A stretch of DNA of 64,000 nt. It comes from Cenococcum geophilum. Lineage: Eukaryota. Under the pieces are notes generated by a model, which was not told the DNA's origin, made no database searches, and saw nothing but the letters and a program-made list of their open reading frames with translations. The translations under genes were made by a program, and so were the position numbers. The stretch lies in the NCBI GenBank assembly GCA_050273025.1, contig CP158635.1, positions 8,742,001-8,806,000 on the forward strand, in the 5' to 3' direction. This document shows positions 38,407-52,201 of the stretch, in pieces. The first letter of the stretch is position 1; each line of letters opens with the position of its first letter.

Positions 38407-39969
38407 TGTTATAGGATACCCCTATAACACCTTATACACGTCTACCTGTTTCTACTAACTCAGCAATTAAAGACCAACCGTGAAATGGCAATTTAAAGGC
38501 AATCTAATGGCAATCTAACGGCAATCTACGGCATTCTGCTATATTCTGCCAAGTTCTACCAAATTTTACCAAGTTCTGTCAGGACTATAACCTAAACCCT
38601 ATTCTGCCTATATACGTATTAACTAAGTAACTAAGTTAATAATATATGCCCTTTCTTCCCGTTTTTCTACCTTCTTTCCTTATATAACGTCTTAACCTCC
38701 TTATACAGTTTATATATATAGCTTAATAATATCTACCTTACTATATATTATCGTCGCTTATACTTACTTTATAATACTACGTTACGTTAATTACCTATAC
38801 TATTATTAATATATAGAACGAACCTAAAGCCCCTATAACGGCCGCTAGTATTATATCCGCACTTTAAGAACAATTAGTAGAGATATAGAAGTCTTTTATA
38901 AACGCCCTTAAATAGAACTAAGCTACTTTAAATTAATAATAAGCTAAATAAGAAGTATAATATTAGCAATTAATTAAGGACCTTTAAGAAGAAATCCGCG
39001 CCCTTAAGATGCCTACGCTAGGACCTTAAGATTAAACGCTATCTTTAGAGATAAATACGCGGAACGCGAGCCCCAAACCCATAGTAGCTACTTACCCTAA
39101 GCTAACCACTATACTAAAACAATCTAAACAACTACTAGATCCCCTAATATTTATTAGTAAACAATAAGAGCTCTAATTATTTCTAAGCTAGCTTAAAAAT
39201 AAGCTAACTAGTAATGCTAACTATTACCTAACTAAAGCTAACCAACTCTGTTACGCCTTAAGTTAACTAGGAGGAGATATAGCTAACCTTATTAAACTGC
39301 TTTAGCTAAACTTAGTATAAAGCCTAGTTATACTTCTTAAAGCTATATATAGTAACCTAAACCGCTAAGCTATTGCTTAAAAAAAGATAAACTATATAAC
39401 TTAAGGAATAAAAAGTTTCCTAGTATACTTTTCTAAATTTAACCGTTACGTAAAGGAAACAGGCTAAAATGACTCCGCACTAATTAACAGCCTTATTAAA
39501 TCCCTAAGCCCTAAACTAAAAACCTCCCTAATAGGCGTAGACCTACTAGGAGCCCTTAATGCCTATGTAAACGTTATTAATAAATAATATAATAATATAC
39601 TACGCCTAATACCGAAGCCCGCTCCTTAATATAATACGGTAACCCTATAAATGTTTACTCAATTATTATTTTAGCCTAAGCACCCTAACGCTATAGATAT
39701 TAACACTAGGACCTTAGGGTACGCCCTACTAGGGTCCTCTAAATAAGAATAACGCATTAAGCTAGGCCTCTACTTTAAATATAAAAGTAGCTCTTACTTC
39801 TCTAACTACTACTCCGTCCCTATACCTAAACATAAATTATAAACGGCTAACACTAGTAGCCGTTCACCGTATTAATCTTTTAGTTACCGTCCCTAATCTC
39901 TACCTAGTTCTAGCCCTATATTTAGTAAGCACTATTTATAAAAACAAAGCTACAGCTAACGTCCCTAGT
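38407..39969 (+). mobile_element. 5' fragment of another gypsy (LTR ~38407-38775 plus gag)
   Basis: TGTT start. gag motifs FLS(Q)LKNKL...QLCYALS.LGGD and ETG.NDSAL. RIPped Zn knuckle GLYFKYKSSSYFSNYY at ~39770. No pol. Confidence 0.7.
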
Positions 39970-41712
39970 AATAACGCGTTAATATACTTAATTTAGGGTT
40001 ATAGGGCGCCTTCTACCTTTAGGCGGAGAGCCTAAATATATACGCTTGCTAGGCAGTAATAGGGCGTTAGTATAGCTAGACGACCTCTTTTTGCTAGAAC
40101 TTTAACCTTTCCTAATTTTCACTCTAGCCGGTTTTAGAGGCATTATTAAATCTTCTAGCTTATAGTTTGTCGCTCTTATAATATTTAGCCCCTTACAGAC
40201 GTTATTATAAATATTATCTTCTTTACCGCCTATATAAACTGTCTTATAGTAATAGTACCTAGCCATATTAACTACTCCTTTCTTTATTACCTTACGCAGT
40301 AGTTTACCTTCTTCCTTACGCTATAGGTACTGCCACAAGTCTTTAATAATAAGGGGTATCTTAGAGGTGTCCCCCTTACGGTGTGCTTTTTAGCAAGTAG
40401 TCGCTTAACTAGCGATACAGCGTGCCCGCTTTATAGGTTTGTTAAGGATAAGACGCTTAGTCTAATTATTGCGCACGACCTTAATATATCGCTTACCGTC
40501 TAATATTAGAATAGTAGGGTTAAACCTAAGCTGCTCCTTATTTATCTAGAGAAATCCTAACATTATTAAGGTAAATTATAGTCCGTCTTTATTAATATTA
40601 AATAGTAATAATGCAATGCCTCCTATCTAGTTATACTCCTATAGCCATATAATAGATCTATAAAGGGTAAAGCTTAGGATAAAGCAACGAGTGTCCTAAG
40701 CGGCGAAGACTTCTCTTATATATTTTCCCAAATCAAACTATGCCTGCGAGGCTATATCGGTGTTTAGATTACTCTTTAGCTTTTCTAATATAAGTATATA
40801 TAACTAATAGCATTAAGAGCTTTCGCTAGCTATTAGATTATCTATAAAACTAATATCTAGCTTTTACTTTACTGTAGACCCTTATAAGGGCTGCTTAGTA
40901 TATATAATAAGCGTTTATCGTGTCTTTAGGGCGGACCTATGCTCCTCTGCAAAGCCCAAAAATAATTTAATTAGGTTATTAAACTACTCTAAAACATTAA
41001 TCTACTCCGCGCTTTTAGGCCAGTTATGCTAGCCGCCCTTAGTATATAGTAGATTGTCCCCTTCCTTACATTTCTTAAAAACGGCGGCGCTTGCCTCTTT
41101 AAGACCTTCTACTTCCCTAAAGAATGCTTTATATAAGCCAGGAATCCCCATATAAAGAGAGCCTAGCTCCTCCTTTAAAATATAATCTATATATTTCCTA
41201 TATTTGGACGAGTTAGTAAAGCTGCTTATATTACGTAGATATAGGGTTTATTAAATATAGAGTAGTAGCGGTTAGGGGGGAGGCATGGACTTTATTATAG
41301 TGGTAATAGTATTACTCCAAACGTCCTTATCTAATTCGCGATTAATAACTATTTTTAGGAGAGGGGTAAACTGTTCAATATTAAAGTTGTTAAAATTAAC
41401 TAAAGGGAGGAGTTAGAGAAGGTCACTATAAAGAGTGCCGCAGCTAGCGCTAGACGGGAGTAGTTAAGTAGCGAGAAGGTTCTATAATACTAGGATAAGG
41501 TTAACTATAAGATTTTTAAGCCCTATATATGTTAGAGAAAACCTATAACGGATAAATTAACAATTACCTTTATAGCCTATCTAGCGCAACAAGTCTAGAG
41601 AGCTAGGGATGCCTAGATCCTAATAAGTTAAGTTAAATAAATCGCGAAAGCTATTTAGCCCTTCCCTAATAGGATTTGTTTTAATTATCTTTAATCTAAA
41701 GAGATTCGCTAT
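39970..41712 (-). pseudogene. FunK1 fungal-specific protein kinase (Pkinase_fungal), RIPped, C-terminal half missing
   Basis: IIKTNPIREGL, LKEELGSLYMG.PG, EKLKSN...DIAS.A.FDLGKY.REVFAA.DTR.F.LSFTL, RARCIAS(R)ATTC(W)KA, PL.IKDLWQY..RKEEGKLL. It ends at N(R)V(H)(R)RVI against the gypsy gag. Confidence 0.88.
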
Positions 41713-42259
41713 TACGAGCGAACGCGCTAAGAGCTATATTGGGAGGGCCGGCGTAGCAGGCGGGTAGGTAGGCGGGGAGGGGAGATTAAAGAGGCTAGTA
41801 TATAAGGACGGTATAATAGCAAATAAATATAGGGAGGTTAAGAATATGTCGGGCGCGTCTTATAATAAGGAAATAACTAGGGGGAAAAGTATAAGGAAGA
41901 AAGCAAGGTGTGAGCGAACATAAGGATTAAGGATTGGGCGTGAAAAAGTTAAGCCGACCTAATATGGTTTAGACTAAGGCTTTACAGGGCTTAGTTAAAT
42001 ACTAAGCCACAATAGCCTAAATGCGGGTAGGTAGCGTTTTTTGGTCTATAACTAATTATACTTATCAGTTTTAGTTTGTTCCGCGACGTGTAAGGCTCTA
42101 ATATAGCGGGGCTCTTATACAGTGAGGCTAAAGGGGGGCCGGAGAACGGGTTAACTATAGGGTTAGTTGTATAAGCGCCTATAAACGATTATATGGCTAG
42201 TTTTAAAACGAGTTAAACCTAATACGCTAAATATAGATATAGTTAACCTTTTTAAAAAT

Positions 42260-42480
42260 AGGTTCTAGTTCTCAGAACTAGATCTAGTTTTTAAAATTAC
42301 GCCCTTTTTTATAGCGGTTAATTAGCCCATATCTAAAATAGGAATTAGGATCTAGTCTCTAAAATTGGATCTAGTTTTTAGAATTATAATTTAAGCTAAA
42401 ACCTAGAATTGGGATATAGTCTTTAAAATTAAAATATGGTCTCTAAAATAAGATCTAGTTCTCAAAATAAGATCCTGTTT
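42260..42480. repeat. Degenerate ~19-20 bp repeats (GGATCTAGTTCTCAAAAT-like)
   Basis: About 8 imperfect copies visible. Confidence 0.65.
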
Positions 42481-42859
42481 TTAATCAAAACTTAGGCCAA
42501 TATTAAGGGGTAGATCCTATATTTATTCTTAATATTCCTACCCCATTAATATAAAATTTAAAGTTAACTTACACCCTAGAATGGGAGGATATCTAAATTT
42601 AGAAGGCGGTAAGCTAAGGCGGTTAATTTCTTAGCGGTAAAGATTTTTTAAAACGCACCTCTATACTATAAGCGAGTCTCTTAACTTCAGTCTAATATAT
42701 AAAAACTTATTCCTTTATATATAAATAATAACAAGATATTCTTAATATAGAAGTAACTAGATAGAAACAAAACACCAAGCTAAGGAAATCCTAATTAACG
42801 CCTTAATTCTTAATGAATGCTAAAAGAGATAAGCGTGATTGCGAAAATCTGTCCTTATA

Positions 42860-43900
42860 AGAAATTTATTATTCCTTAGGCTTCTTAAAACCTCTATCTC
42901 TAGTATAAACCGCCTTTCTCTTACATATCCTTCTCCCTAATAGCTCTTTTAATAAACCCTCTAATACCCTCTTAGCTATCTCTATTATAATATCTTAAAG
43001 TAGTTTATATATTTTAGCATAACGATAGAGGAAATAAAGATTCTTAGTATAGTATATTACAAGTCTCTCTTGCGGTATATCCACGGCTAAAACCCAGGTA
43101 GGATACCAGTATATTACTACAATATCGCCGTATAAAGATATAATTCCTCTATAACCAGGGTTTCGGAGATATATTATGTCCTTTATTATATAATAAGTAG
43201 GTAACTAGGATATAAGATACTTTACTTATCCACTTAAGATCTTAGCATTAAAAATTGTTAATACTTTAGATGGATATATATAGACTAAACCATTCTCTAC
43301 TTAATTATTAGTGTTGCTAAATAATATAGGTGTCTTATAAATATACCTCTAGGTACCAGCGAAATGTATTTAAAAGCCACGACTGTATTTATCTGCTAGG
43401 ATAAGCCTTTAACGTAGTTCTCTTTTAGTTAAGGCGAGTCTATTTTAGCCTCGCCATAGTTCTCTATTAGCTTAGGTAAGTCTATCTTAGTTTTACTATA
43501 GCCTTCTAAACCCCTAAGGTAACTAAGGTATATTTTTTGTACACTTACCTAAACCGTATCCTCTTATGTATCGTCTTTTATATTATTATCCTTTTCGTAA
43601 AAACTGGCCTTATTAGGTGTTTAGGTAGGTATCTGCTCCTATATACGACCGGAAAGCTACAATTATTTCTCCTCCCTACTATTGGACGCCGCGTCTTTAG
43701 CGTTAATATAATCTTAAGACGATCTAGGGTTTCTAGTAGGTTAATAATTAGGTATAATATCTTCGGGGAGGTAGCATATAGTAATGTCTTTATAAGTACT
43801 AATTGAGGGCCTATAAGCTATATTAGCAACGTATCTAAATTTAGTTAAGGTAATATATATAATGTCTGGTATTCTTATAAGGATAGTAAGGGATATATAG
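42860..43900 (-). pseudogene. Hypothetical protein (RIPped cargo)
   Basis: Frame of ~200 codons with only RIP-type stops (GYSKTKIDLPKLIENYGEAKIDSP...LYGDIVVIYWYPTWVLAVDIPQE). No family recognised. Confidence 0.5.
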
Positions 43901-45607
43901 TTAAGAGGTTAGATTTAAAGGTAAGTTAAATTAATAGTATATAAGAACCAGGAGCATGACGTTTATATTCTATTTCTCTCCTAAGGCAGAGTTAGGATAA
44001 AAGGTAAAAGGGAAAGACGGAGTATACTAGCCGCCCCTTTCTACTTTATATGGTGTCTGTAGTACAATATTTAGTAGCTGTAATTACTCTTAGCTTATAT
44101 ATTATCTGCGCCCAAGACTATAGGTACCTAGAGTAATCCATAAGTGAGGCATTATTAGGGGTAGCTATTGGCTGAGCTGCTACTGAACTTAAATGGCTAA
44201 CGATCCCTAACGGACACCGTATACCTTAGTAGGGTTTAGAAGCGTTCGCATAAAGTTATAAACTAGAATTAGAAGTTAACAATAACCCCTAATAACGCCT
44301 CTCTTAGCAGAAATAGTATTATATAATCTACTTTTAACGCCTATCCTTTCTAGGGTAAGACACTGCCTAAGCAGTAGACTTATCCTAGCTAGTTAATTTT
44401 GTATATTAACCCCCCATCTATAGCAAAGGAGCTATTAGTGCCTTTAGGGTAGTTTAATTACTATTCTAGCTAAGCCCTTTATAAGCGCTCCGCCTTATAC
44501 GGGCGGTAATTAACTCCTATTAATCTGCCTTACGTTAGGGGAGATTTTTTACTTAAGGTACTAAGCAGCCGGTACTTAGAGGTCTATAGATATATTCTAT
44601 ATCCTAATAACATCGACTACAATTTCTCCTTAAGTAGTATCCGTAACCCTAAATACCTATAAGCGCAGCGTCCCTAAATTGTTAGCTAGTAAGTAGGCGT
44701 TTATAGATAAAAAAAACTAACTTCAGAGATAACAGCAACGTAAAGGCGTTAGCTAGTTAAGAAAGTGACTTTAGTAATAAGGATTAAGAATAGGACGCAG
44801 AGATATTATATAACGGAGAAAATGGTTTTAGTACTAAAGATTAAGAAATAGGGGTAGATAGTAATAAAGAGATATTAAGCGATAAGGCTATATAGGCGAC
44901 GGTTAGATATGGTGGCCTTAGCTTTATAGTCTTAAATCTATAAGTATAGGATATAAATATAAAGAAGATTTCTAATAAAAGCTGGTAAAAGGGTTAAAAC
45001 TTTAGCTACTTTTTGTTTAGCCTATTACAAAACAAAATAATATTTTACTATTTCTACTAGAGTCTCTGCCCGCTTAACTTATAGCGAGCTATAAAGCATT
45101 CGCGATAATCTATACTTTTACTCAGATAAATTTATTTACTATCTTAAAAGCGATAATAGAAGGTAAATCTATGCTAATAACCTAGGATTTTTAAAAATTT
45201 TTATGGACCTGGGACGCATACCACCTTAGCAACTATTAGTTATATTTAAGACTACGGTACTTATAGATTTATATCTTAAGGATATAAACATATTTTTTTA
45301 TAGTGTTTTCTTTTTATTTAAATTATTTCTCTGCTTATAGTATATAGCGGTTATTTATCTATTCCAGTGTAGTAAGGAGAGGTAGTTAGGTTACGCGAGA
45401 GGGCTTAGACTTATAGCTACGCTTATAGGGCTATTTATATAGGAACTTCTCTAAGTATGTGTAAGGGGTCTTTATATAGGAACTTCTTTAATATTTTTAG
45501 ATCTGGGACTTATATATTTCTTTTTTTATAGTTTTAGTATTTTCCTAATATTTGCTTCCTATTTATATGCTAGGCGTTAATAGAGGGCGCTAGGTCAGAT
45601 CACCCTG

Positions 45608-45905
45608 CTTATATAATTACTCTACTTATATAATCACTCTACTTATATAATTACCTAGCTCGCATAATTACCTAGTTTGCATGATTACCTAGCTCGTACA
45701 ATCGCCTAGCTCACACGATTACTTAGTTTGTATAATTGCCTAGCTCGCACAATTACCTAGTTTGCACGATTGCCCAGCTCGTACGATCGCCTAGCTTGTA
45801 GGAGCACTATGCTTATACGATTACCTGGCTTATACGATTACCTAGCTTATAGGATCGCCCAGCTCCTATAAGTATCTAGCTTATAGGATTACCTAGCTCG
45901 TATAA
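45608..45905. repeat. 17-bp tandem array (GATTRCCYAGCTCGCAC-like), with further copies to ~46060
   Basis: About 15 imperfect units. The flank AGAGGGCGCTAGGT is duplicated at ~45582 and ~45964. Confidence 0.85.
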
Positions 45906-46069
45906 TTAAAGCCGTGAAGTTATTAAACCCATTAATACCCTATTTACACGCTAGGTATTAATTAGAGGGCGCTAGGTTAAACTACTCTACTTATACAATT
46001 ACCTAGCTTATAGGATCCCCTAGCTCCTATAAGCCCCTAGCTTCTATAACCTCCTAGCTTATAGGACTG

Positions 46070-48430
46070 AAGCTATAGCCGCTAAATCCGTTAAGATCCT
46101 AGCTGCACGTTTGGAGGACGCTACGCCCAACTACCTAGCTCGCTATTTTTATAGAATTCCTTAATTAATCGATGGTGCCTATTTGGAAAATATCCCTTAA
46201 TGACTTTCTATAATAGAAATTTCTTATTACGCAATTCTATAAGAAGATTTACTTCCTTAACTATCTATACTGGCTCTTTAGCGCGAAGGATATAGCTATA
46301 ATAGCGCTAATATACACCTAGTGTTCTCCCTAACAGGGCTTTTATAATATCATTCTATAATAAAACTATAAGTAATACCTGGTGACCTAGCTCTATAAGG
46401 ATTCGATCTTTATAGGGTGTCTAATTTTAAGACTAGGGCTTTTATAAGGCTTTATTTGTAACAATAATTTTTAAAAATATTAGTAAAGCTATTAGAAGTT
46501 GCATCTAAGAAAAGAAACTAACCGGCGATATACGCTAAAACTCTATATCCAGGTTATAGGGTTGTAAGAGATCCTATATATTACTTAACCTAGCAAATAT
46601 AAGTGATATATAGCCTCAGTAGGATAAGGTATAAGACGTATAGGATTAGGTATATTTCCGAAATTTGAGCTAGCAAATATGGTACCTATTTGGCAATATT
46701 TATAAATAGAAACCTATCCTGCCTTAAAAAGTATATAATAGCTTTCTCTTTATTTATCCATTTACTACTTACTCTAGTATTAAGAAAAAGGCTATAATAT
46801 TTCTGCTTATAACCTAATATTAGTCTATTAAGCTTAGACGAAATACTACCCCAACTATTACTATCCTTAAAGGTTGTATTTATTAACTTAAATTATTCCT
46901 TAACTAACTAAAACTCGTATATAGATGCTAAGGGCTTATCGTTTATATAAAAGCTGGTTAAGTTACACTTTATAAAGTATTAGTAGAGTCTTACTAGAGA
47001 AAGGCTAATGGTGTAAACTAATAGTTTAGGTGGTTTTTAGAGAGCTAAGTTAATTAATGTTAAGCGGGTAATCGGCGCTGGTAGCTCTAAATTAACAATT
47101 ATTAGTAAAACCCTCGCTAGACGCTAGACTAGTCGCTCTTAACTTATTAGGAATATCTATAAAGTAAACCTTATTATCTAGACCAATAGATTTCATTAAT
47201 ATTGAAAATGATAGTAATAGATTATATTGCTAGAGTGATTAATTAAAGTATATCTTATATTAAAACTATAAGAGGTATAGCAGGAGCGTTGGCAGTAATT
47301 AGGAGGATATTTAGTAGAACATATTTATTTAATAGAGCACTAGGCGGCTAATGAATGCAATAACGCTACTAATACGACTCCCCCTTAATACACGAGCGCT
47401 GCAATTTTAAGAATTTTAGATGTATGCACGTAAATTTACATTATAGTATAAGCGGATTTATTTAAAGACTAAAGGATGAATTTTAATTATATGCCGAAAT
47501 CTTAACTTTAAGCTAGATATAAAAAACTACTATTAAAGGTCCGTAACATTAATAAGTGGACGTAGCTTCTATAAGAGAGTACTATATATACCTTTCTCTT
47601 TAATATGGTCCTATAAGTCTTAAAAAATCGCCTAGATTATAGTCTATAATTTAATTAGAATAGATACTATATAAAAGATATTAAATATACTTAGACTTGT
47701 AATGCGTTAGAGCGATTATATATTAACTTAGAGAAAGCAGATATATAGATAATATCCTATACTTTTTGCTCTCTAGTTCTTCTATAAAGAACACTAAGGA
47801 AATCCTATAGAGGCTTAGGGAATAAACGAATTATTCTATAAGAGAGTATATCCGCAGTCCTCTTATAAGTCGGAGTCTTATCTATTAAAGTCTTATCTAG
47901 GCAAGTGCTGAGAATTTTACTTAATATTATATTATTAAGTGTTTAGGGGACTTATTAGTATTATATATATATAGGATCTACCAGACCCCTAAATACCCTT
48001 TACTGGTTACTTAGGCCCATAGTGATTTAATTAGACAATAAACTAGTGCTAGGACGCTTAGAATTGTTTAACTTAAAAGGTATTATTTCCTTACTTTGCG
48101 AGCTCTCTATAGGCTAACTAATCCCAATAATAGAAGATGCCTTTTCTAGATCTACCTTAACAGATTATAGGGTATTCGCTTATTAATAAAGCTTAGTAAT
48201 TAATACACTATATCTAGAATCTTAATCCTAACCGTAAGCGGCTATTAAAGTACTAATGATTAATATAAGAGGTAGCTAAATATAACGCTTTAAGAAACTA
48301 ATAGTTAGCGTAATCTAGTAAGTTGCGGCTTTAATAAGCAAGCTAATAGTTAAATAAGCATCTATATTAAAGAGTAAAGAGCGGCTATAAATAGTTAGCG
48401 GAAATAGGATAAGCTAGGGAATAGTTTAAA
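46070..48430 (+). pseudogene. Long hypothetical protein (RIPped cargo)
   Basis: Open frame apart from RIP stops (ILAARLEDATPNYLARYFYRIP.LIDGAYLENIP...). No family recognised; end approximate. Confidence 0.5.
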
Positions 48431-49073
48431 AGGAGTAGTGAAAATAGTAAAGCAGGGTAGTAATAAATAAAAGATATAAAAGACGCGTTAAGGTAACCGG
48501 CAGAGTAGGCGATAAAGGTAATTATATATCCCTAGTGTAATGGGGCGGAAATTAGCTCTATATATTAGGTATTTCTATGTCTTTTCCTTTAGATAGCATC
48601 CTTAGATCTATTAAGGCGTCTTACTCTTTAGCTCCTTAAGGAAGAAATTATTACAAATTGTATATCCTACGCGTTAGTTAGAAAAGGAATCCTCTAATAG
48701 TATTAAGGCTTATAGCCTTCTGCGACGGAACAAGCTATATTACTAAATATTTTACATTACACGTCTAATTAAGTTTGTGACTTATATTGCCTCCTATCTT
48801 AGCTAGAAGAGAGGTCTAATTCTTAACTACGCATTATAAGTAAAAGCGAGGTTAATAATTGCCACTATATTAGCGCAGCTCTAATAAGGGCCTTGCGCTA
48901 ATTATATCACTTTAATTAGGTACGTGACACTTAATTAAAGCGATATAATTAGCGTAAGGCTCTTCTAAGTTTTAGGGGCGCTAGCGACCTACTAGGGAAT
49001 TAAGAGTAGAGGGGAACTGCACTTAACTACTCTTTTATCTTAACACAAATTATATAACTTATAACCCACTATT

Positions 49074-50560
49074 ATGGACTTTAACATTATAGCAGCCTTA
49101 GATTTTATCCGCAATGCTTCTAATAAGCAGCTTTAACCTTATCTCCCTAATATTATATATACTATTTAAAGGCTCTAAAAGCTTCCTATTAACACCTTTT
49201 AATATTTACCGCCTCTCTTAGAGAATGAACGCGGCCACTATAATTCGCTCTATACTCCTTTAGGGAGTAAGGATGTCTAGCCTTTTTTAGGGAATAAGGA
49301 TGATGCCGTTTAGTCTTCTTTAGGGAGTGTTTAGCCTTCTCTAGGGAATAAGGATGTCGTTAAGCCTTTTTTAGAGAGTAAGGATATCTAGCCTTCTTTA
49401 GGGAGTGTCTAGCCTTCTTTAGGGAATGAGGTTACTTCTCTACCTCCCTTTTTACCTAGATGTGCGAATCTGCTTAATATATTATCGGTAAACCTCTTTA
49501 AGATTAAGACATTTATTAATATATCTATGGGGAAAGATCTAAAGGCTATTATTAGCGAACTAAAGTGGTTAAACGAACATCCCCTTATTAAGGATCTTAT
49601 TACTACTAATAGCGATTTATTAAATAACGCTATTTTTTAAAAACTTCTTAACTAATAGACGCTTGCGGATTTTTTTAAGAAATAGCAATTAAAGTCTATA
49701 GGTATGTTAAGGATTAAAAGTTTAGTTAAAAGTTGAGCCGCTTTTATAAAGGGAGTCAGCTATATTAAATTATTTATAAGAAGTATAGGATGTCATGACG
49801 TTACTAAAGTGGCTTTAGCTATTAGATATGGAATTAAGCTTTATGTTATATAAAGACTTAAAGTAGTAGGGCTATTAGTTCCCTTAGCTTTTACCTATAA
49901 TACCTACCGGAGATTAAATTTACCTAATATTAATAACTTTTTTATGGCTTTATAGTACCCGAATTATTTTATAATATTTAAAATTGCGTAAAGATGCTTA
50001 ATTTGGATAGGGAAGTGTTAAGAGCTCTATTCTGGTCAGATGCTTTCTCTAGGACTACTATATCTTAGCACTACTAACCCGTCCTAGCCGATCCCGAAAA
50101 AGCAAATTTCCTCCCCTTATTTACTGATTAGTAAACGTCCCTATATAAAAGTTACTAAACCTAGGGATCCTATATTAGCGCGTAATTACCGACACGCAGA
50201 TTTAATAACATTGCACCCTCCCTAACTATTAATAATAGCCTTAACGAATAACATAGCTGCATTATAGTCTATTATAAAGGCGGAGAGTACACTTATTAAG
50301 ATCTTTAGTGGTAATTCTAATTAGTATTAAGACCCTCCGCTAATTCCTATAGAGCTCTATAGGGCCTATCCTAATATATATTAGGGTCGTCCACAAATTC
50401 CCCTAGAGCACTTTTATAGCAATTCCGATATATATTGGGGCCCTCCACTAATACCCTTTAAGCTATTTAACGGCTATCCTGATATCTATTAGGGGCCTCC
50501 ACTAATTACTACGCTAAGTGAGGGCAAGTTTTCTAGTTTTTATATTACTCCGGCTAGTAC
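49074..50560 (+). pseudogene. Hypothetical protein with internal repeats (RIPped cargo)
   Basis: MDFNIIAALDFIRNAS start. ~27-bp repeats at 49255-49430. AIRYGIKL.V motif. Three DIYWGPP-like repeats at 50360-50510. Confidence 0.5.
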
Positions 50561-50599
50561 CACGACAATAAACAATGGGCTTAATTACTATACTACGGC

Positions 50600-52201
50600 T
50601 CCTTATATATAGTGTACTAGTTATCGCAGCCTATAAGGCTTATTATACTCCAACGTTCTTAATATGGCATCTCTTATATATCAATTTAACGCTATTACGG
50701 CTGCTGCGGGGTAGTAGCTGTTTTGGCTTATATAGATACATAAATAAGTCCACCTCTACTCCCTTTAAAGATTTGAGGTGTATAGTATAGGGCACCTAGC
50801 GTCTCGCCACTTTAGAGTTAAAAGGATTAGTAGTCCTTTAACACTTTAAACTTCGGTAATCTATTGCCCAAGTCCAACGATTTAACGGCTAATATTACTA
50901 TAGCCTTTTCTAAACTCTCTGCGGGTATATACGGAAGGGGGCTTTATAGGTTATTATATAGTATTAGATATAACTATTTAAGAGATACTACGTTGGGGGT
51001 TGTGTTTAGAATTATAGTAGCGATAGCTCTGGCTATCTAGTTATAATTATTAGTAAAGCGTTACATCTATTCTAGTATTTAGCACTTACCTCTAAGTATA
51101 GAGTAATGTATTTATCTATTATAGTAGTGGCGGGTAAAGTAAAGAAGGGTATATTAAACGTCTATAAAGAATACCCTTGGCTCTATATTACTAGATAGGC
51201 TTTTAAATTATCTGCATCTTTACTATTAATGCTAGGGGCTATCTATAGTGTAGACATAATTGAGTTTAAGAAAGAAGTTATAATTAGGGGACTTTATTAG
51301 TAAAAGATAATAAAGGCGATTTAGGGCTAGATTTTTAATAGGGCTAAAATCTTAGTGGAGCTAATTTCCGGTCGGTAGGACCTACGTAACATATTAACAA
51401 TAAAGCCTAAATATCTAATATGCCTTAGTCCGAGAGGTTAGGCAATATATAAAAGTTAACTGTTACTTACTTTAATATTTATTAGTAAGGAGGTTGTGCT
51501 ATAGGCCGTAGATTAAGATATCTTTTCCATTTCTATATAAAGACCTACTCCTATCCTCCTATTAACCTAAACTTTCCTCACTATTATCTACCTGCAATTA
51601 TCTTTATATTTAAGCAACCTTATAAGAATAACTGGTCTTAGTATTACTATAAAGATAGCTTAAAAGGACCCCTAGTTTTAGAGAGATAGATATACCTATA
51701 TCCGCGCTTAAGATATAGACTAGGCTCTATTTACCTACTATAATAGTTATAAACTTGAGAAAATTAAGGTAAAAGCTAAGGAATAAAATTTTTTATATAA
51801 CCTAATAGCTTTACAGATTCTTGACATAATGGCTGTCCGCTATACTTTAGCCTATTACCAATACTATGGCTAGAAAACCGTCTTTAGGGAATTTATTTAC
51901 TAAGGGAATTATTATAAAGTTCTTATATTCTTAGGTGCAGTTAAGAAGATAAATAGTAGAAAAGAAATTCTATAATAGATAGAGCGTAAGATATAGGATA
52001 ATAGAAATCGCAATATAAGGTATAGTATAGAAGAGGATAGGGATAAAGATGGGGATGTGTATAAGGACGTATATAGGGAGGATATAGTCGCCGGGATTAA
52101 GGCTTTAGGGATTAATTTAAAGAAGAATATGTCTCTCCGCTAGTAAGAGCTGTTCCTTCTATAAATAGCATAGCGAAAGCTATTATATAACGTTTTCGCA
52201 T
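50600..52201 (-). pseudogene. Hypothetical intron-containing protein, possibly secreted (RIPped cargo)
   Basis: MRKRYIIAFAMLFIEGTALTS start. GTAAGT donors at ~51469 and ~51089. Long frames with only RIP-type stops. Confidence 0.5.

Noticed and set aside
45608..45905. CRISPR-like array
   Set aside because: Head-to-tail tandem units with no unique spacers, in a eukaryotic context.
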